Shown: positions 1 to 13,082 of the stretch, piece by piece | How positions within the stretch are numbered: the stretch's first letter is position 1 | Layout: every line of letters begins with the position of its first letter | Assembly: GCA_051047955.1 (NCBI GenBank) | Contig: JBPGPT010000003.1 | Location: 496,001 to 560,000, forward strand | DNA: 64,000 bases | Direction: 5' to 3' | DNA from: Cystobasidiomycetes sp. EMM_F5 | Taxonomy: Eukaryota | Made by a program: the position numbers and the translations under genes | Notes under the pieces: generated by a model | Database searches by the model: none | What the model saw: only the letters and a program-made list of their open reading frames with translations | What the model was told of the DNA's origin: nothing

Positions 1-1448
1 GTTGTGATTTGAGCGGGGGTCCGCTTTCGTCAGGTTCAGGTAGAGGTAGCCATCTCTTGTATACGCCTGTTGCGGATCATAGTACTCGAGATCTCCCGTT
101 GAATAATAGTGCATGTCAATGGCTGTCCAGTACGGATCATCACCATCATAGAAGGTGCGGCCGGGCGTATTGAATTCGTCTGAGAAGACTAGATCGTACT
201 GTAGACCATCTGCGCCCGTCTTTGTGTAGACCTCTTGTGGAGTATCCCTATCGACGAGGCCTCTGAAGTTTTGGATGTCTGGAACCTGCCCTGTACTGTT
301 TGTGTAGAGTGATTTGCTAGCGAGCAAGTTGGTAGAGATGTAGGTCGCCAGAGGGTATCCAGCAAAGAAGGTGACGAGTGCGATAATGATGACTGAGATA
401 CCTACGGCATTGAGCCACCCTCGCCAGGAGGTAAGGCTAGTAGTGCCATAGATTGCTCGCGAGTCTACCAGTCTGCGATCTGGTCCGACGGCTTTGAGTC
501 TTGGCCCGGGGTCGTGCAGAGCGTCGTCTGCTTCTGGTCCATCATAGTGAGCGACGCCGGGAATAACATACGCATTGTACTTTCTGTATAAGCGAGCAAA
601 AGCAAGGAGCATTCAGTCAGCCTGTGATTAGAAGCCGATCCCGCTCGGTGACTTTTCGATGACGCGACTACTTTTTGCGCGTGATGCACCGAAAGACAAC
701 ACAGACAATTTGCAACTCACTCTTCGTTGGATAGAATCTTATGATCACTGTCTTTGAGGTGTGTAAAGCTCGTCTTTTGTCGTAGACCGCGCTGAGCTGC
801 AGCAGTCCCGCCGAGACCGGCAGAGTAGGGCGAGTGAGACGAAAAGGAGGTGTGGTCGCCGTCATCCGAATGCCCTTCATACGACTGAGCATAGCCAGTA
901 TTGTAGTTGCCTCCGCTATTTCGATCTAGAATGAGCGAAGAGACTGAAGCTGTATCGTCCATGTGTCGGCTGAGCCCGACTACGCCAGAGTGCTTTACGC
1001 CTCGTTGACCGTAAGCCGATGAATAGTTTGCTGGGAAGTTGGCATTGTGCACGCCTAGACCGATAGCAGTGGGCGATGAGGGCATACTGAGGTTGGAGTA
1101 GGCTCCCATCTGCGCGCCAGAGAGGTAGCGGTGGTTGTTGGTACTCGACGGTGATGATGGGCTGCCAATTCCGCCACTCAGACTCCCACCGCTGCTACGA
1201 CTCCCAGACGAGGGCGATGATGATTCAAACGACGACATGTGCGTCGTCACGATTGTGGGGTTTGGATGTGATGCTCGTGTGCGGTCGAGACTGGCACTGG
1301 GTCGGTGAGACAGGTTGCTCTCATACATCATTGCCTGAGCCTGTGACGGTTGCACGGCAGTGGTCGAAGAGCCCTGACGGGTGTGGGTGAATGGGTTGAA
1401 AGGGCGGGCATTGTTGTTGTTGTTATTGTTTTTGTGTGGAGCAGCCAT
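1..1448 (-). CDS. KRE6: Beta-1,6-glucan synthesis protein, KRE6/SKN1 family (GH16); 3' part lies outside the window
   Basis: Low-complexity N-terminal ORF (717-1448) spliced to exons encoding EADDALHDPG, a TM segment (SWRGWLNAVGISVIIIALVTFFAGYP) and LVFSDEFNTPGRTFYDGDDPYW...TGDLEYYDP. Confidence 0.92.
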
Positions 1449-2259
1449 CTCTGCAAGCTATCGCAGGCTGGCTCTGGTGATGTTTAGTCGTGGCACATGG
1501 ACCAGCCTTGCCGGTAACTAATTCGAAGGGTGACAGTTGCGGATGGCTGGACTGTACTGTTTACTGAGCGAGCGTGGGTGGTGTACAAGTAATTTGCACG
1601 AGCGAGGTGCGTCGTAGAGGTGTGAATACAGACTATTCTGTCGGAATACTCGTCACTGGTTTCTTATGGGTTCGCTTCGGCCGTTTGGATTGATCGAGGT
1701 CACCTTTTGACCAAGTTCTGCAGGACGTCCAGAAGTGCAAAGGGACGACGCAGCAGCTCGTCAATGTGCAGAATGTCGGCAGAAGTCAGTCGGAGAGCCA
1801 ACACGCTCCAAGCATTGGCTTCGGTCGACACGGCCATTCGCGAATTCGCACGCACGGCTCGAGCGCAGCCGCCGTCCAACAACGGTCTAAAGAGGGACTG
1901 TGCGGAAAGCTATTCTGAATCGCAGTTGCATTCGTTGGACGAGGGCACTTGGGGGTCCTTCAAGGTGTGATTGCAGGAAAGAAGTCTCATCGATGGCTAC
2001 AGGAGCTCTTTACGCGTATCATCTCGACGAAGATGCATATGTCTTTTCTGCAACTCGGAAAACATCTGTAGCGATAGCGAGCTTCAACGGTTCGAAATGA
2101 GGGACAGTAGTTAACTTCTGATGCATTGCATGTCAGGCCTCACCAGAGCCCAGGCATCTCGTTGTTGTAATACTAATTGATCAATCGCTGCTACATTACG
2201 CCGGGCGTACGAAACAACACCCTTGTCTATCTGCATGACTTGTTACATCTGAACAGCCC

Positions 2260-5200
2260 ATGGCAGCGGCGTACGCTATACACCGACAGGCTGCTCCGCC
2301 GTCTGGCGTATCCCATGTTATCAGTGCCCGCCTTACTCCAAGCTGTCTGCAGGAAGAAGCGGCGGCATCGTCTAGCTCGACGAGTACTCCCAAGCGCATC
2401 ATACGGAACCTCGTGACGGCTCGCAGCAATTTCATACAGATATTTGAGATATGCGAACAGCTGCACGGCAATGGAGAAGCGGTGGTCACTGATGTCAAGC
2501 TCGAAGATGGGCAGGGCGAGCAGGTCAGTAGCGAAAGCGGAATGAAGCGTGGACAATCGTCCTGTAGCGTAATATAGAGCTGATATCGTCAATGCATGCT
2601 GCGCTCGTGCTGCACCTATCTGTCGACAATTTGCATCCAATTCTATAATACAAAGCTTTCGAACGGGCATGGCATACACGATGGCAAGGCAGTAGCACGG
2701 CTATACTTTCTCCAAGAACATCAGGTTCATGGCACTATTACCGGAATCCAACGAATACAGACTATCGACACTGCAAAAGATGGTCTGGACCGGCTACTCG
2801 TTTCGTTTCGAGACGCCAAGGTGAAAAGGCCGTCATTTACGCGCAAGCGGGACGCTCCGAACTGACCTCTGACTTTCTGCAGGTCGCCTTGCTGGAATGG
2901 TCGTCGGATATCTATGACCTCGTACCTGTTTCCCTACATACCTTTGAAAGGCTGCCGCAGATGGTTAGCACAAGCTGACATGTAGCCCGATTCTCGCGAG
3001 CATGGCTGACTTCCGCCTTCAATCTCAGGTGCAAGGCAATTTGAACGGCTTCAGAGCGATACTACGGACAGACCCGCTGAATCGATGTGGAGCACTACTT
3101 TTGCCGCAAAGCACGCTCGCAGTCACGCCATTCTTCCAGGATCAGATAGAATTAGAAGGTGCTGATTCGACAAATCTTCAGAGGTGATATTCACAGATGC
3201 CAGAAACAGTCTGCGTTCTCTGCTGACGAGACATTTAACTATGAACGCAGTTTACCATACGCACCAAGCTTTACTCTGGACCTACAGGAAATTAGCCCTC
3301 AACTACACAACATTATCGACTTTGTCTTTCTTCCTGGATTCAACGAACCTACCGTGGCGTTTCTGACGCAGCCATCGCAAACTTGGGTCGGGTAGGCGAA
3401 AGAAACGTATGGCAAGCTCCCTCGCGATACTGACTATAGTGGCTCACACACAGACGTCTGGAAAACTCGAAAGATACTGTACAGCTACTGCTTGTCACCC
3501 TCGATGTGACTTCTTCGCCCCCAGCCTCTACCGTCATTTCGGCAACTCCGAATTTACCATACGATTCTCTCTACCTTACTACATGCCCTCGTGATCTCGG
3601 AGGTGTGCTAGTCACCACCTCCAATACCATTATACACGTCGACCAATCTGGGAAACGAACAGGCATCGCAGTGAATCCTTGGGCGAACATGGTCACTGAC
3701 CTATGTCGCATGGAGAATGGTTTCGAGCCTGGCAATCCATTGCGACTTGAAGACTCCAAGATGATCTTCATCACTGCCGATGTCTCGCTTCTCTTTCTGC
3801 AAGATGGCAATGTACGAGCCGTCAAGATACAGCGCGATGGACGTACGATATCTAAATTGGTACTGCTGCCCGATATTCTACGTCAAGGAATGGCGCCTTC
3901 ATGTGTAGAGCTCATTCGCAGTCGCTTGACTCCCAAAGCAGAAGATGGATCGAGCAGAGCTTGCTATATTTTTGTCGGTAGCATGATGAGCGATAGCGAG
4001 GTCGTGCGCGTCGATATGGACACAGTGTTCAGTCTTGACGCTGCATCCGTCAAAGCGGAAGCTAAGCTCGATAATGCCGATGAGGACGATATGGGTGGGT
4101 CGTCTAACATCATCTTCACAGCGCATATAGCGAAGCTGAAAGCGTGAATTAGATATATACGGATCCGCCGAAGTGAAGGCAGCAGTCTTGAATGCGGAAA
4201 GTGCGGCACGCATAGCAGCTGCAACACGCTTGGAACTGCAACTTACAAAGACGGAGGCTTTGCCTGGGTATGGCCCCATACGCGCCGGAGTCATCGGAAC
4301 TGTCGATATAAATGCAAGTCGAGTGGCTTGTTGACATCTCCTGCACTGACAAAATTCCTATATGCAGACGCCGGCAGAGCTCGTTTGCTGTACTGGCGAT
4401 GCCAAAACAGGGGGCCTGACTGTGCTCCGTGTAAGTCAGATTATTCTTCCCGATAGAACCCCGCAATCCTGACAACGTTACGTAGCGGTCCCTCTTACCT
4501 TCACATCGCCGCAAGCTGAACCTGGATCACCCAACCGAGCACGTGTGGCACGTCTCGTTGACCAAGCCGACGCATCGAAAGCACTTCTTCATTACGTCTG
4601 CCGATCGTGAGACCCAGGTAGTTTCCGACTCAGCATGGCCCAGGCTATTGATATGCTGACAATACAAAACGACAGGTGTATACGCTAGAATCTGACTCGA
4701 CAGAACCAGCTCATATGAAAACGTTTGGAAAGACAACTCTCCTCGCGTGTCCGATATTAAATGGACAGTATATGCTGCATGTGCGACCAGATGCACTAGT
4801 CGTATTCAACGAAGGTAAATGAAATCTCGCTAGCCGTACACTCGGCTGTGCTCATCAGCCGCTCTAGATCTCACCGAAAAGCAGAGCATCAAGTTGGCGC
4901 GAGATAACCTTGCCAAGTCAGCGTCCTGCGTCGGCTCTTATGTGCTCGTGCAGCACGCAGCGGGGGTGCCGGTGCTGTATCTAGCCGATGAAGAACAGGG
5001 ATCGCTCATCCAGCAATCCTTACCAGAAAACGTAACTGGCATTCACTTTCTTCTAGATGGAGGTGAAAAGCTCATGACATATCGTACCGCAGATCACTGC
5101 ATCGTGCATAACGACACTGTTCGATAATAGTCATGGCAGTTGCCGAGTGCGTCACGCTCGCCCGCACCATGCACAAGAGGTCGCGTACACGCGACCGCTG

Positions 5201-7727
5201 CAGCCGCACGGCGATACTGAACTCGCGGAAGACGATGATCTATATGGCGACACCGCAATGCATGCCCCCGTGCAGCCGGAACCAATTAAAGCAGAGTCGA
5301 CAGCTGCGATTGCAGCCGCGTCTGAACTCCCTGACGACACGATCTGGCTGGCTTCATGTGATGTAAAGGGAGTCTTCACGGTCAGTCACGCTGTACATAC
5401 AGCCAGATGTAAGAGACTATTTGACTGACTTCTATCGCAGATTACCTCCCTTCCTTCTAGGCAGATTGTCTTCGGCTGTCAAAATCTATTCGTGTTGCCC
5501 GCTGTTATTGAAGATTCCAGACAAGATGACCATTCCAGCGACGTTTCGGAAGAGACGAGCATGACCGAGATGTGTCTGACGTATGTGGGAAAAGACCGGC
5601 TACGGCTTCACTTGACGGTAGGAGGGAGGCAAGTCTACTGATGCTGCTGTATGCTGACGCACTACTACCGATATAGATCTTACTTGATGACGGCCAATTC
5701 ATCGTTTACGAGGCTGTACCAGATTATGGTCGGTCCCTGCTCGATCCGGACTGCAACACGCTGGGCATTCGACTTATCAAACGACATGTCCGAAGTCTTG
5801 GCAGTATACGTGTGAAACCGCGAGTCACGAGCAACAGTGACGCACTCGGCCCAGCTAGTAGGACCGTAATCGCTTTCAAGCATTTTGGCGGACGTGCTGG
5901 CGCGTTTTTGACTGGAGATGCTCCACATTGGCTCATCGCCGACGATAATGCAGCGTCGCAGCTGTATGACTGTACGGCAAAACCTGTCTATGGTTTTGCC
6001 GAGTGTTTTTCCGAAGAAGGGCCAAATCGATGCCTATTCAGTCTTGGAGAGGTGAGCATTTTGGCATAGTTGTCCGTTGTCTTGCTGATGCCCTTCGGAA
6101 ACAGGAGACATTGCTTTGTGATATGCCTAAAGACGTCCACTTTAGCTCGACTCTGCCCTTTTCGAAAGTCGCGGAAGGCCGCTTGTACAACAGCGTTACC
6201 TTCGATCAACCTTCCCAATCATACGTGGCTTCCGCTGTGTTTGCCGCGCCTTTCGAAATATTCGACGAAGATGGTACTCCAGCCAACCGTTTGTACGGCG
6301 AAGACCTGCAGGAGCCGGAGAGTGAAAGATCTGCTCTCGAGCTAATTGAGCCGGGCAGCTGGCGGACCATCGATGGGTGAGCCGAAGAACAAAGAGGCTG
6401 ATGCTACAACACGCGCTTAGCTTTCGCGCAGGCATGAGTTCCGACAATATGAAATGGTTGTCACAATGTCGACAGTCCGGCTTGAAACGAAAAGCACTCT
6501 GACGGGCTTCAAAGATATGATTGCAGTAGGTACGAGTATTGCTCGTGGTGAAGATCTTTCTGCTCGAGGAGCTGTGAGTCAGACACAGCTGGTATTCTAC
6601 GCATGGTGGACTGACGCTTGGCTCAGATGTATGTATTCGAAGTTATCCGAGGTCAAGCTGCTGCGGATGAAGCCGATCCTCCTCGACAACTTCGTCTCGT
6701 GTTTATGGAGGATTTACGGGCTGCTGTCACGGCCGTATCGGCTCTAAATGGCTATGTCATTCATTCTACGGGCCTAAAACTCTACGCAAAGGCTCTTGAA
6801 CAAGATGAACGCCTAATAGCTGTCGGCTTCCTGGACGTCGGTCCATACACGACCGTCATCAGATCCCTGAAGAGCTTGATCCTGGTCGGAGATGCAATCA
6901 AAGGTCTTGCTTTTATCGCTTTTCAGGTGAGTACTCGACGAACAAACTTGCAAAAATCTGACTGTATCACACAGGAGGAGCCATATAGGCTAATACCGCT
7001 AGGTCGCGAGGTCCGACCGAATGCAACCGCCACTACGGACATACTGGTCTCCGAAAACAAGGGCGTGCTTGTTGCAACTGACGTCGACGGAATCATTCGC
7101 ATGTTTGACTACGACCCGCTGCGTAAGCTGTTTTACTTATTCTCTCACTGTTAGCTTACAGCATGATCAGGTGCCGAAAGTCAAGCAGGCCAACGGCTTG
7201 CTCCGCGAGTGGAATACCGAATGGGCGTGGAAGCTGCGTGTAGCATCCCGTTTACAAAGCTAGCCGCAGGCGACGTCAAACAAGGCGGAATCCTCTTTCG
7301 TACGCTCAATCATGTAGATGCGCGAAAACAGCTGCTGATGTCTGTAACTGCCCGGATAGTGCATATCGACGGTTCTGTATCGACCATGCTGCCTGTCAAA
7401 GATGCTGTTTACAAGCGCCTACAACTACTGGAGAGGCAGCTCATTCGGCATACGCAGCATTTCGGTGCTCTCAACCCAAGAGCATACAGGGCCGTGCAAA
7501 ATGACTATGTGCCACGTCCGCTGACGAAAGGTCTCCTTGACGGTGACCTGCTGAGTACTTACGCATTGCTGGGCGCAACCAAGCAGCAGCAATTAGCAGA
7601 TCGTAAGCGTCTCTAAATGATGAGATAGCATGCGCAGGACACCAATGCTGACATCGCATGGACAGCTCTTGGTTCTGACAGCGACACTATCAATTATAAT
7701 ATTTCATCCTTGCAATCGCCTTGGTAA
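2260..7727 (+). CDS. CFT1: Cleavage and polyadenylation factor subunit Cft1/CPSF160 (multi-exon)
   Basis: Start MAAAYAIHRQAAPPSGVSH; DRLLVSFRDAK, LHNIIDFVFLPGFNEPTVAFL, AVGTSIARGEDLSARG; C-terminal GALNPRAYR...LLDGDLL. Many short introns. Confidence 0.95.
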
Positions 7728-7827
7728 ATAAGTACGTGACGTGAATCGTTGCGGCTTGGCAACTTGTTGTTGTAAATGTGCGCCTGAATTCGGCTACAAC
7801 ATGTATGCGAAACCTGCGACTCATGTC

Positions 7828-9259
7828 TCATGTCTTTCGCCCACCCGACTCCAGGAAAGCTCCAGAGCAGCGCAAAAGGCCCTGGTCCCATAACCCGCAT
7901 ATCAAGAGCTCCGTATCCCCATGCTCGCCAACGTACGCTACTGCTGTTGAGGAAGTGCCATACTGAGAGCCAGGGCATTCGAAAAGGGTTTGAACGCCTT
8001 TGCCCCGGTATACAAACAACTTTGAAAGCTCATTCAGAACAGCCGACGATGACGTCCTCGCGATCGGGATAGAGACAGTGATAACACGGGACGGGGCAAG
8101 AGGGGGGATTTTGCCCTTGTTTGCTGCCGTGCGCAAGAAGCTGAGCGCTGATGGGTGCCCCGCTACAAGAAGAGTCTCGCTTGCCGTTTGTTGGGTCAAG
8201 GCCTGCGGTACAAAATGTAGATTGTCGGGGAGATATCCAACTGGAATAGTTTTACGATACTTGATTTGTGCTCTGGGATCGTGGAGGAGTCGATCAGAAC
8301 CAAGCCAGACATCGTATAGCTGAACTTGATGCGAAGTGCAACCCGATATTGCCAGAAGCCTCCGACCACTGTGATCTGCACTCAAAGCCAGTCCATTCGC
8401 CAAAGCGATACCTGTGCATACGTGCTGAGCAGTGGTAGAGTACTGCTTGTCTGCAGTAGCTGAGCGAGTCAGGAGCATCACGCTTCCTCTTGGCAAAGCT
8501 AGGATTTGCTCCATCTGGAAGAGCAGCTTCTGACCGCGGGGAGAAAAGCCATAGCTGTTCGTAACTAGGATTTGCTGCTCGGAAAGCAAGACCACAGCAT
8601 TTGGCGCCGTAAGTTCAGCATGCTCGAAAGAGCATACGTACGAAGCTCGCAGCAAAGGCTTCCCCGCCGCGCTCAGAGTCGACTGGTCGACCGTCAGACG
8701 GAGTAGCTCGACGGAGGCTGACCGCTGTTCGTAATTGCAGAAAGCGAGAAGGGCTTCACTTTTGGACGACGTCTCGAGCAGCCCAAGGCCCAGCGGATGC
8801 AAAGCACGGTTCTCTGGCCACTCTAGGATGTCGAGGTGGTACACATCACTTGCTCCATCGAGATGAAATACACTGATTCTTCCTGGCTGCACCAAAGAGG
8901 CATCTCCCTCGCCTGTGAAAGGATTGAATCCGTCTCTTTCGGGGTCACTCGAGACAATAGCGACGCGCAAAGATTCCCAGATAACCAGGTCCTCACAATA
9001 CGGCAAGTCTTTTGCTGCCTCACGCTTGCAGTGTGAACCCGCTGGCTCCAGTTTCTGTGTCGAAGCGAGGCGCAACAGAGTCTGCTTTGGTACGTTGGCG
9101 AATGCCGTACGCACTATCCATAGTAGATACGATGCGGGATATAGCAGAAGAGCTGGGGGCTAGTATTTGTTCAGGGAGAACGTGCGTGAGATACGTAAGA
9201 CGGCACCGGAGCTAAGGAATAAAACGCACGAAAACGTAGAAGGGCCAAGGGACAGCCAT
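7828..9259 (-). CDS. Paraoxonase/arylesterase-like calcium-dependent six-bladed beta-propeller
   Basis: YCEDL, HPLGL, APNAV, ANGLAL and PDNL motifs. A 10-codon first exon (ATG 9259) joined across intron 9229-9160 gives a hydrophobic N-terminus in frame with ORF 7828-9114. Confidence 0.82.
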
Positions 9260-9501
9260 TTTGTCGACTGGGATAAAGAGAGTGAATATTGGCTGCTACT
9301 CAAGCAGTCAAAAGTCCAGAACCAGCTGCCGCAATGCGCATTGCCAAAGTCCCGTAAGCTGTGTTGCTCGGCCCACAGGTCTCTGACGGTCATCCAACGG
9401 GTTTGCCAGGTGTCAATCCTGCATTCAAGCTCGCGGCCCTATCAGCGCTGAATGCAGTCTGCCTGTTTGCTGGATCTTCTGTTGCTGAAACTGCCTGTCT
9501 G

Positions 9502-11705
9502 ATGGCTTTGACATTCTTTGGCACGCCGGTGCTGTATTTATTGATTCGGTCGCTGTTCAAGTTTGTCCTCAAGGTATAGCTCCTCATCAGAGTCGCAACA
9601 TCCAGCTGAGGCTGACGGCCAACCAGGTCTTCTATTCGTCCATAATCATCGAAAATGCCGAATACATCGAAGGCGATGGTATTCCAACGTACGTCACAAG
9701 TAATGCGGGTCCCCCGTCCACAAGAATAAATGCTAATGTGGTTGGCGAACAGTATTCTATGTGCTAACCACTGTATGCTCATGTACAATTCTGATGTTAC
9801 CGTGCTAGCGTGCTGACAAGAATTTATATTGTAGCCAACTCGCTGACGGACGCCTTGATAATGATCACATCTATTCCCTTGTCTAAACGCAAATGGCTTC
9901 GAATGACAGCCAAGTCTACTTTATTCGGGAAGAAGACATTCTCTTCCTGGCTGATTGAATCAGTCGGTACTGTCCCTGTTAAACGAGCGAAGGATTTCGA
10001 TGGCAAGCGAGTAGATAATTCTTCAGTATTCGAGCAGCTTATACACGCGCTGGAGAGGGAAGGTGACATGGTCTGCCTCTTTCCAGGTCAGTTCCTGGAT
10101 TGTATTAGACATTTCAGCTCAGCTGAACTTTATGATCAGAGGGAATATCGCATTATTCCCCCGGCATCGTGCCTCTGCGTGCGGGCGTCGCACGCATCAC
10201 CTCGGACGTTCTGCGTCGGAACGCCGACAATCCTGACTTCGAACTCACCCTCCTCACCTGTAGTATAACATATTTGCATCGCCAGAATTTCCGGTCAGAT
10301 GTCCTTGTCTCGTTCAATCCGCCGATCAAAATAAATACGAAGGAGTACAAGCAGTACTTCTCCTCTCCTGATCTCCCGACTGCTGTGTCGAGCAGCCAGG
10401 ATGTCACTCCCATCAGTAGCCGGCCAACAGCACTACCAAGGCTTGACATAGTCAAGCAACTCACGTCCGTCATGGAAGAACAAATCCGGTATGGCACCAT
10501 CGATGCGCCGAACTTTGGCATTGTAAGGATAGCAAATACTGCTCGACGCTTATACGCCCCTTTTGGAACGGCAATGTCACTAGGAGAGCACGTCCACATC
10601 ACACAACGCTTTGTCGACGCTTTTGCAAAAGAGCGCCGAATCGCGCCGAAAACGCCAAAAGAAGCTCTGTTCACTCCACTGCCGGCGCTTGGTAGTCCAC
10701 ATCCTTCGGAGAGCCTGCAGAGGCGCAATCGCCCTGATGCATTAGGGACGAAAGATGCCAATGAGCTCGCAAACGTCCAGTATTTCGATCGCCAACTCAC
10801 AAAACCATCTTCGAACTGCTTATCCGATGAGGAAGTTGATCAGCTGGCTGCTGATCTACATGCTTATCAGGACATATTGAAGCATCTTGGACTAAAGGAT
10901 GATCGTATACGTCGTCCGCCTATGCGCAGAGTTGTGATATTGAAACGTCTTTTCGTACGACTACTGGGGGCGTGCGGACTATTAGCCCTTGCTGCGCCCG
11001 GGTTAGCTCTATGGACGCCCGTATTCTTGACTGCTGGCTTCTTTGGCTGGCGCATGCGAAGCAGCGGCAAGCTGGAAGATGGTGAGTGGTACCAGGCGGC
11101 TGCTCATGCCGACAGAAAATTGATGTCTCGGCACAGTCTGGGATGAGATTGCGCATACAAAGCTGTGAATGACCTACTACTGGGAGCAGATCGTTCCTCT
11201 TACTATTACTGATGCCACTTGTCCTGAACTAGAATATATGGTCTTACTGCTGGCGTGATAGTCTGGACAACGGTCGTTCTGCTCACACTCCCGATTGCTC
11301 TTCTGACGTTCATCGCAACGCCTATCTTTATGTGGCTCTCCCTGCGCTGGCTCGAAGACGGCCTGGCTTCCTTGCGAGCGGCTGTTGCTCTGCTCTCGAT
11401 GCTACTTGTTGGCAAACAGCGACTGGCTGAGCTAAGGTTGCTACGCGAAGACCTGCGCAGAAGAATAATGCAGGTTGCAGTGGAACGTGCAGATCTGCCC
11501 AGCGAGCCTGAGGACCTCCTTGCACGACAATCCTGTGGCAGAGCTCGAGCCGGAATTTCTCGGTTAGGCTATTTCAGCATACGAAGACGCCGAAAGAAGG
11601 ATTACAACGAGGTATGCATAACGGCCGAAATGTAGGAAGCGGCTCACTGAATGTGTATACCAGACCATGCGACTATGGGATGTGGCCGAGTTTCCGAATA
11701 TATAA
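9502..11705 (+). CDS. Glycerol-3-phosphate/DHAP acyltransferase (Sct1/Gpt2 family)
   Basis: Spliced ANHSNSLTD (HxxxxD motif), TAKSTLF, VPVKR, LFPEG, FRSDVLV; C-terminal TM segments. Confidence 0.88.
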
Positions 11706-11747
11706 CGCTTGAGAGTCAAATATAGCTCAGCTATACTTGAACACCTT

Positions 11748-12929
11748 CTAGGCGTCCGAGCATATGCAGGCAGGACCTTCGGCAGCCGAATCAAAATCGA
11801 GTTGTATGGTATGCAGAGCACACACTTCCGCTAATCTTGTAAACATGGGATCCGCAAGGAAAGCATCGCAGACACTGTGGTCGAGGTATCCACGCCTTAG
11901 CACGAGGCGGCTGATGGGAGGGATTGGTGCGGCTGCCGACCATTCTACCAAGTCGCCCAGATTCGAAGGCGGCTGAGACAGCCATGTCATAACGGAAATT
12001 GTCAATGCAGGCGCTTTGATACTTGATGGCAAAGGGTGGAAAGGTTGGAATTTCAATGACATTGTTACGTTCTGCACCTCAGCAGGCAGGCAGAGAGACG
12101 CTGGTGTCATCCAAGTTGTTCCAGCGACATGTAGAGTTGCGAGATTCGTACTGGCCCCATCCAAGAGAGCTTGCAGGGCGTTACTTGGCCGGAGAACAGG
12201 CCGCCATAAGAAGTACAGTTCGGTCACTGATTGTAATACGTCATTCAAGGCCGCCAGGAAGGTACTGGACAGCTCCCAGCGGGAATTGCCTGGCCTCTCG
12301 AAATTCTCGATGAGAAGTGTCCGCACCTGAGCAGACTCCCTTGATGAACTTATACTCCTATAATTCTGCCTCCACGAACTCTCGTCTCCACATTGAGTCT
12401 GACACAGACGCAAAGACCGCAGTGGCCGCTTCGGTATAAGGTTCAGTATCGCCTCGTCGCCCCAACTGTGATCTATTTCCAAAATTGAGAATTTGTGCAT
12501 CTCGAAAGCGCAACGGAGCTTCTTAAGGGTGTCGATATGCATCAAGCTTGAGTCACGGTCCTCTACAATCACGACTTTATCGACGAGCGGGGTGAATGAT
12601 AGGAGAGACGGTAACCAAGGCCCGTCTGACGATGTGCTGCCTATGATCAGGCAGCGGATCGCTTTCCCAATGTTGAGGTTGCATACACACAGCTGCAACA
12701 GCTGTGATTCTCTGGCTGGATGAGCTACTGTGCACCAGTCTCGTTGTTGACGATGTATCTGCCCAATTGCGGGGGAGTAGCCGTACTTGAAAACAGTGTC
12801 GACAGTGTGGTAAAGGCGTGCTTGTGCGATATCTCGAAAAGCTGTGCACACTTGTGCGAGACTCGGACAGTCTCGAAGGTCGGCAAATTGGCAGATAAGT
12901 CCAAGAACGTCGTTGTTCAGTAATTGCAT
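11748..12929 (-). CDS. F-box protein with RNI/LRR-like C-terminus (intronless)
   Basis: N-terminal LNNDVLGLICQFADLRDCPSLAQVCTAFRDIAQARLY, an F-box pattern; 393 aa ORF. Confidence 0.8.
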   Translation of the reverse strand: MQLLNNDVLGLICQFADLRDCPSLAQVCTAFRDIAQARLYHTVDTVFKYGYSPAIGQIHRQQRDWCTVAHPARESQLLQLCVCNLNIGKAIRCLIIGSTSSDGPWLPSLLSFTPLVDKVVIVEDRDSSLMHIDTLKKLRCAFEMHKFSILEIDHSWGDEAILNLIPKRPLRSLRLCQTQCGDESSWRQNYRSISSSRESAQVRTLLIENFERPGNSRWELSSTFLAALNDVLQSVTELYFLWRPVLRPSNALQALLDGASTNLATLHVAGTTWMTPASLCLPAEVQNVTMSLKFQPFHPLPSSIKAPALTISVMTWLSQPPSNLGDLVEWSAAAPIPPISRLVLRRGYLDHSVCDAFLADPMFTRLAEVCALHTIQLDFDSAAEGPACICSDA

Positions 12930-13082
12930 ACTGGGAATTATGTCGCGAAGAGCAACAGTAGCTCAGGCGTTGAGGCCTTCGATGCTGTGCGGGTGCATCT
13001 TCAAGTGACCCATATCATGACGGTCAAACAAGAGTTGCCTTTCGTACGACAGATGTCTCACAGTTTCGGTTGTTTTGATGCG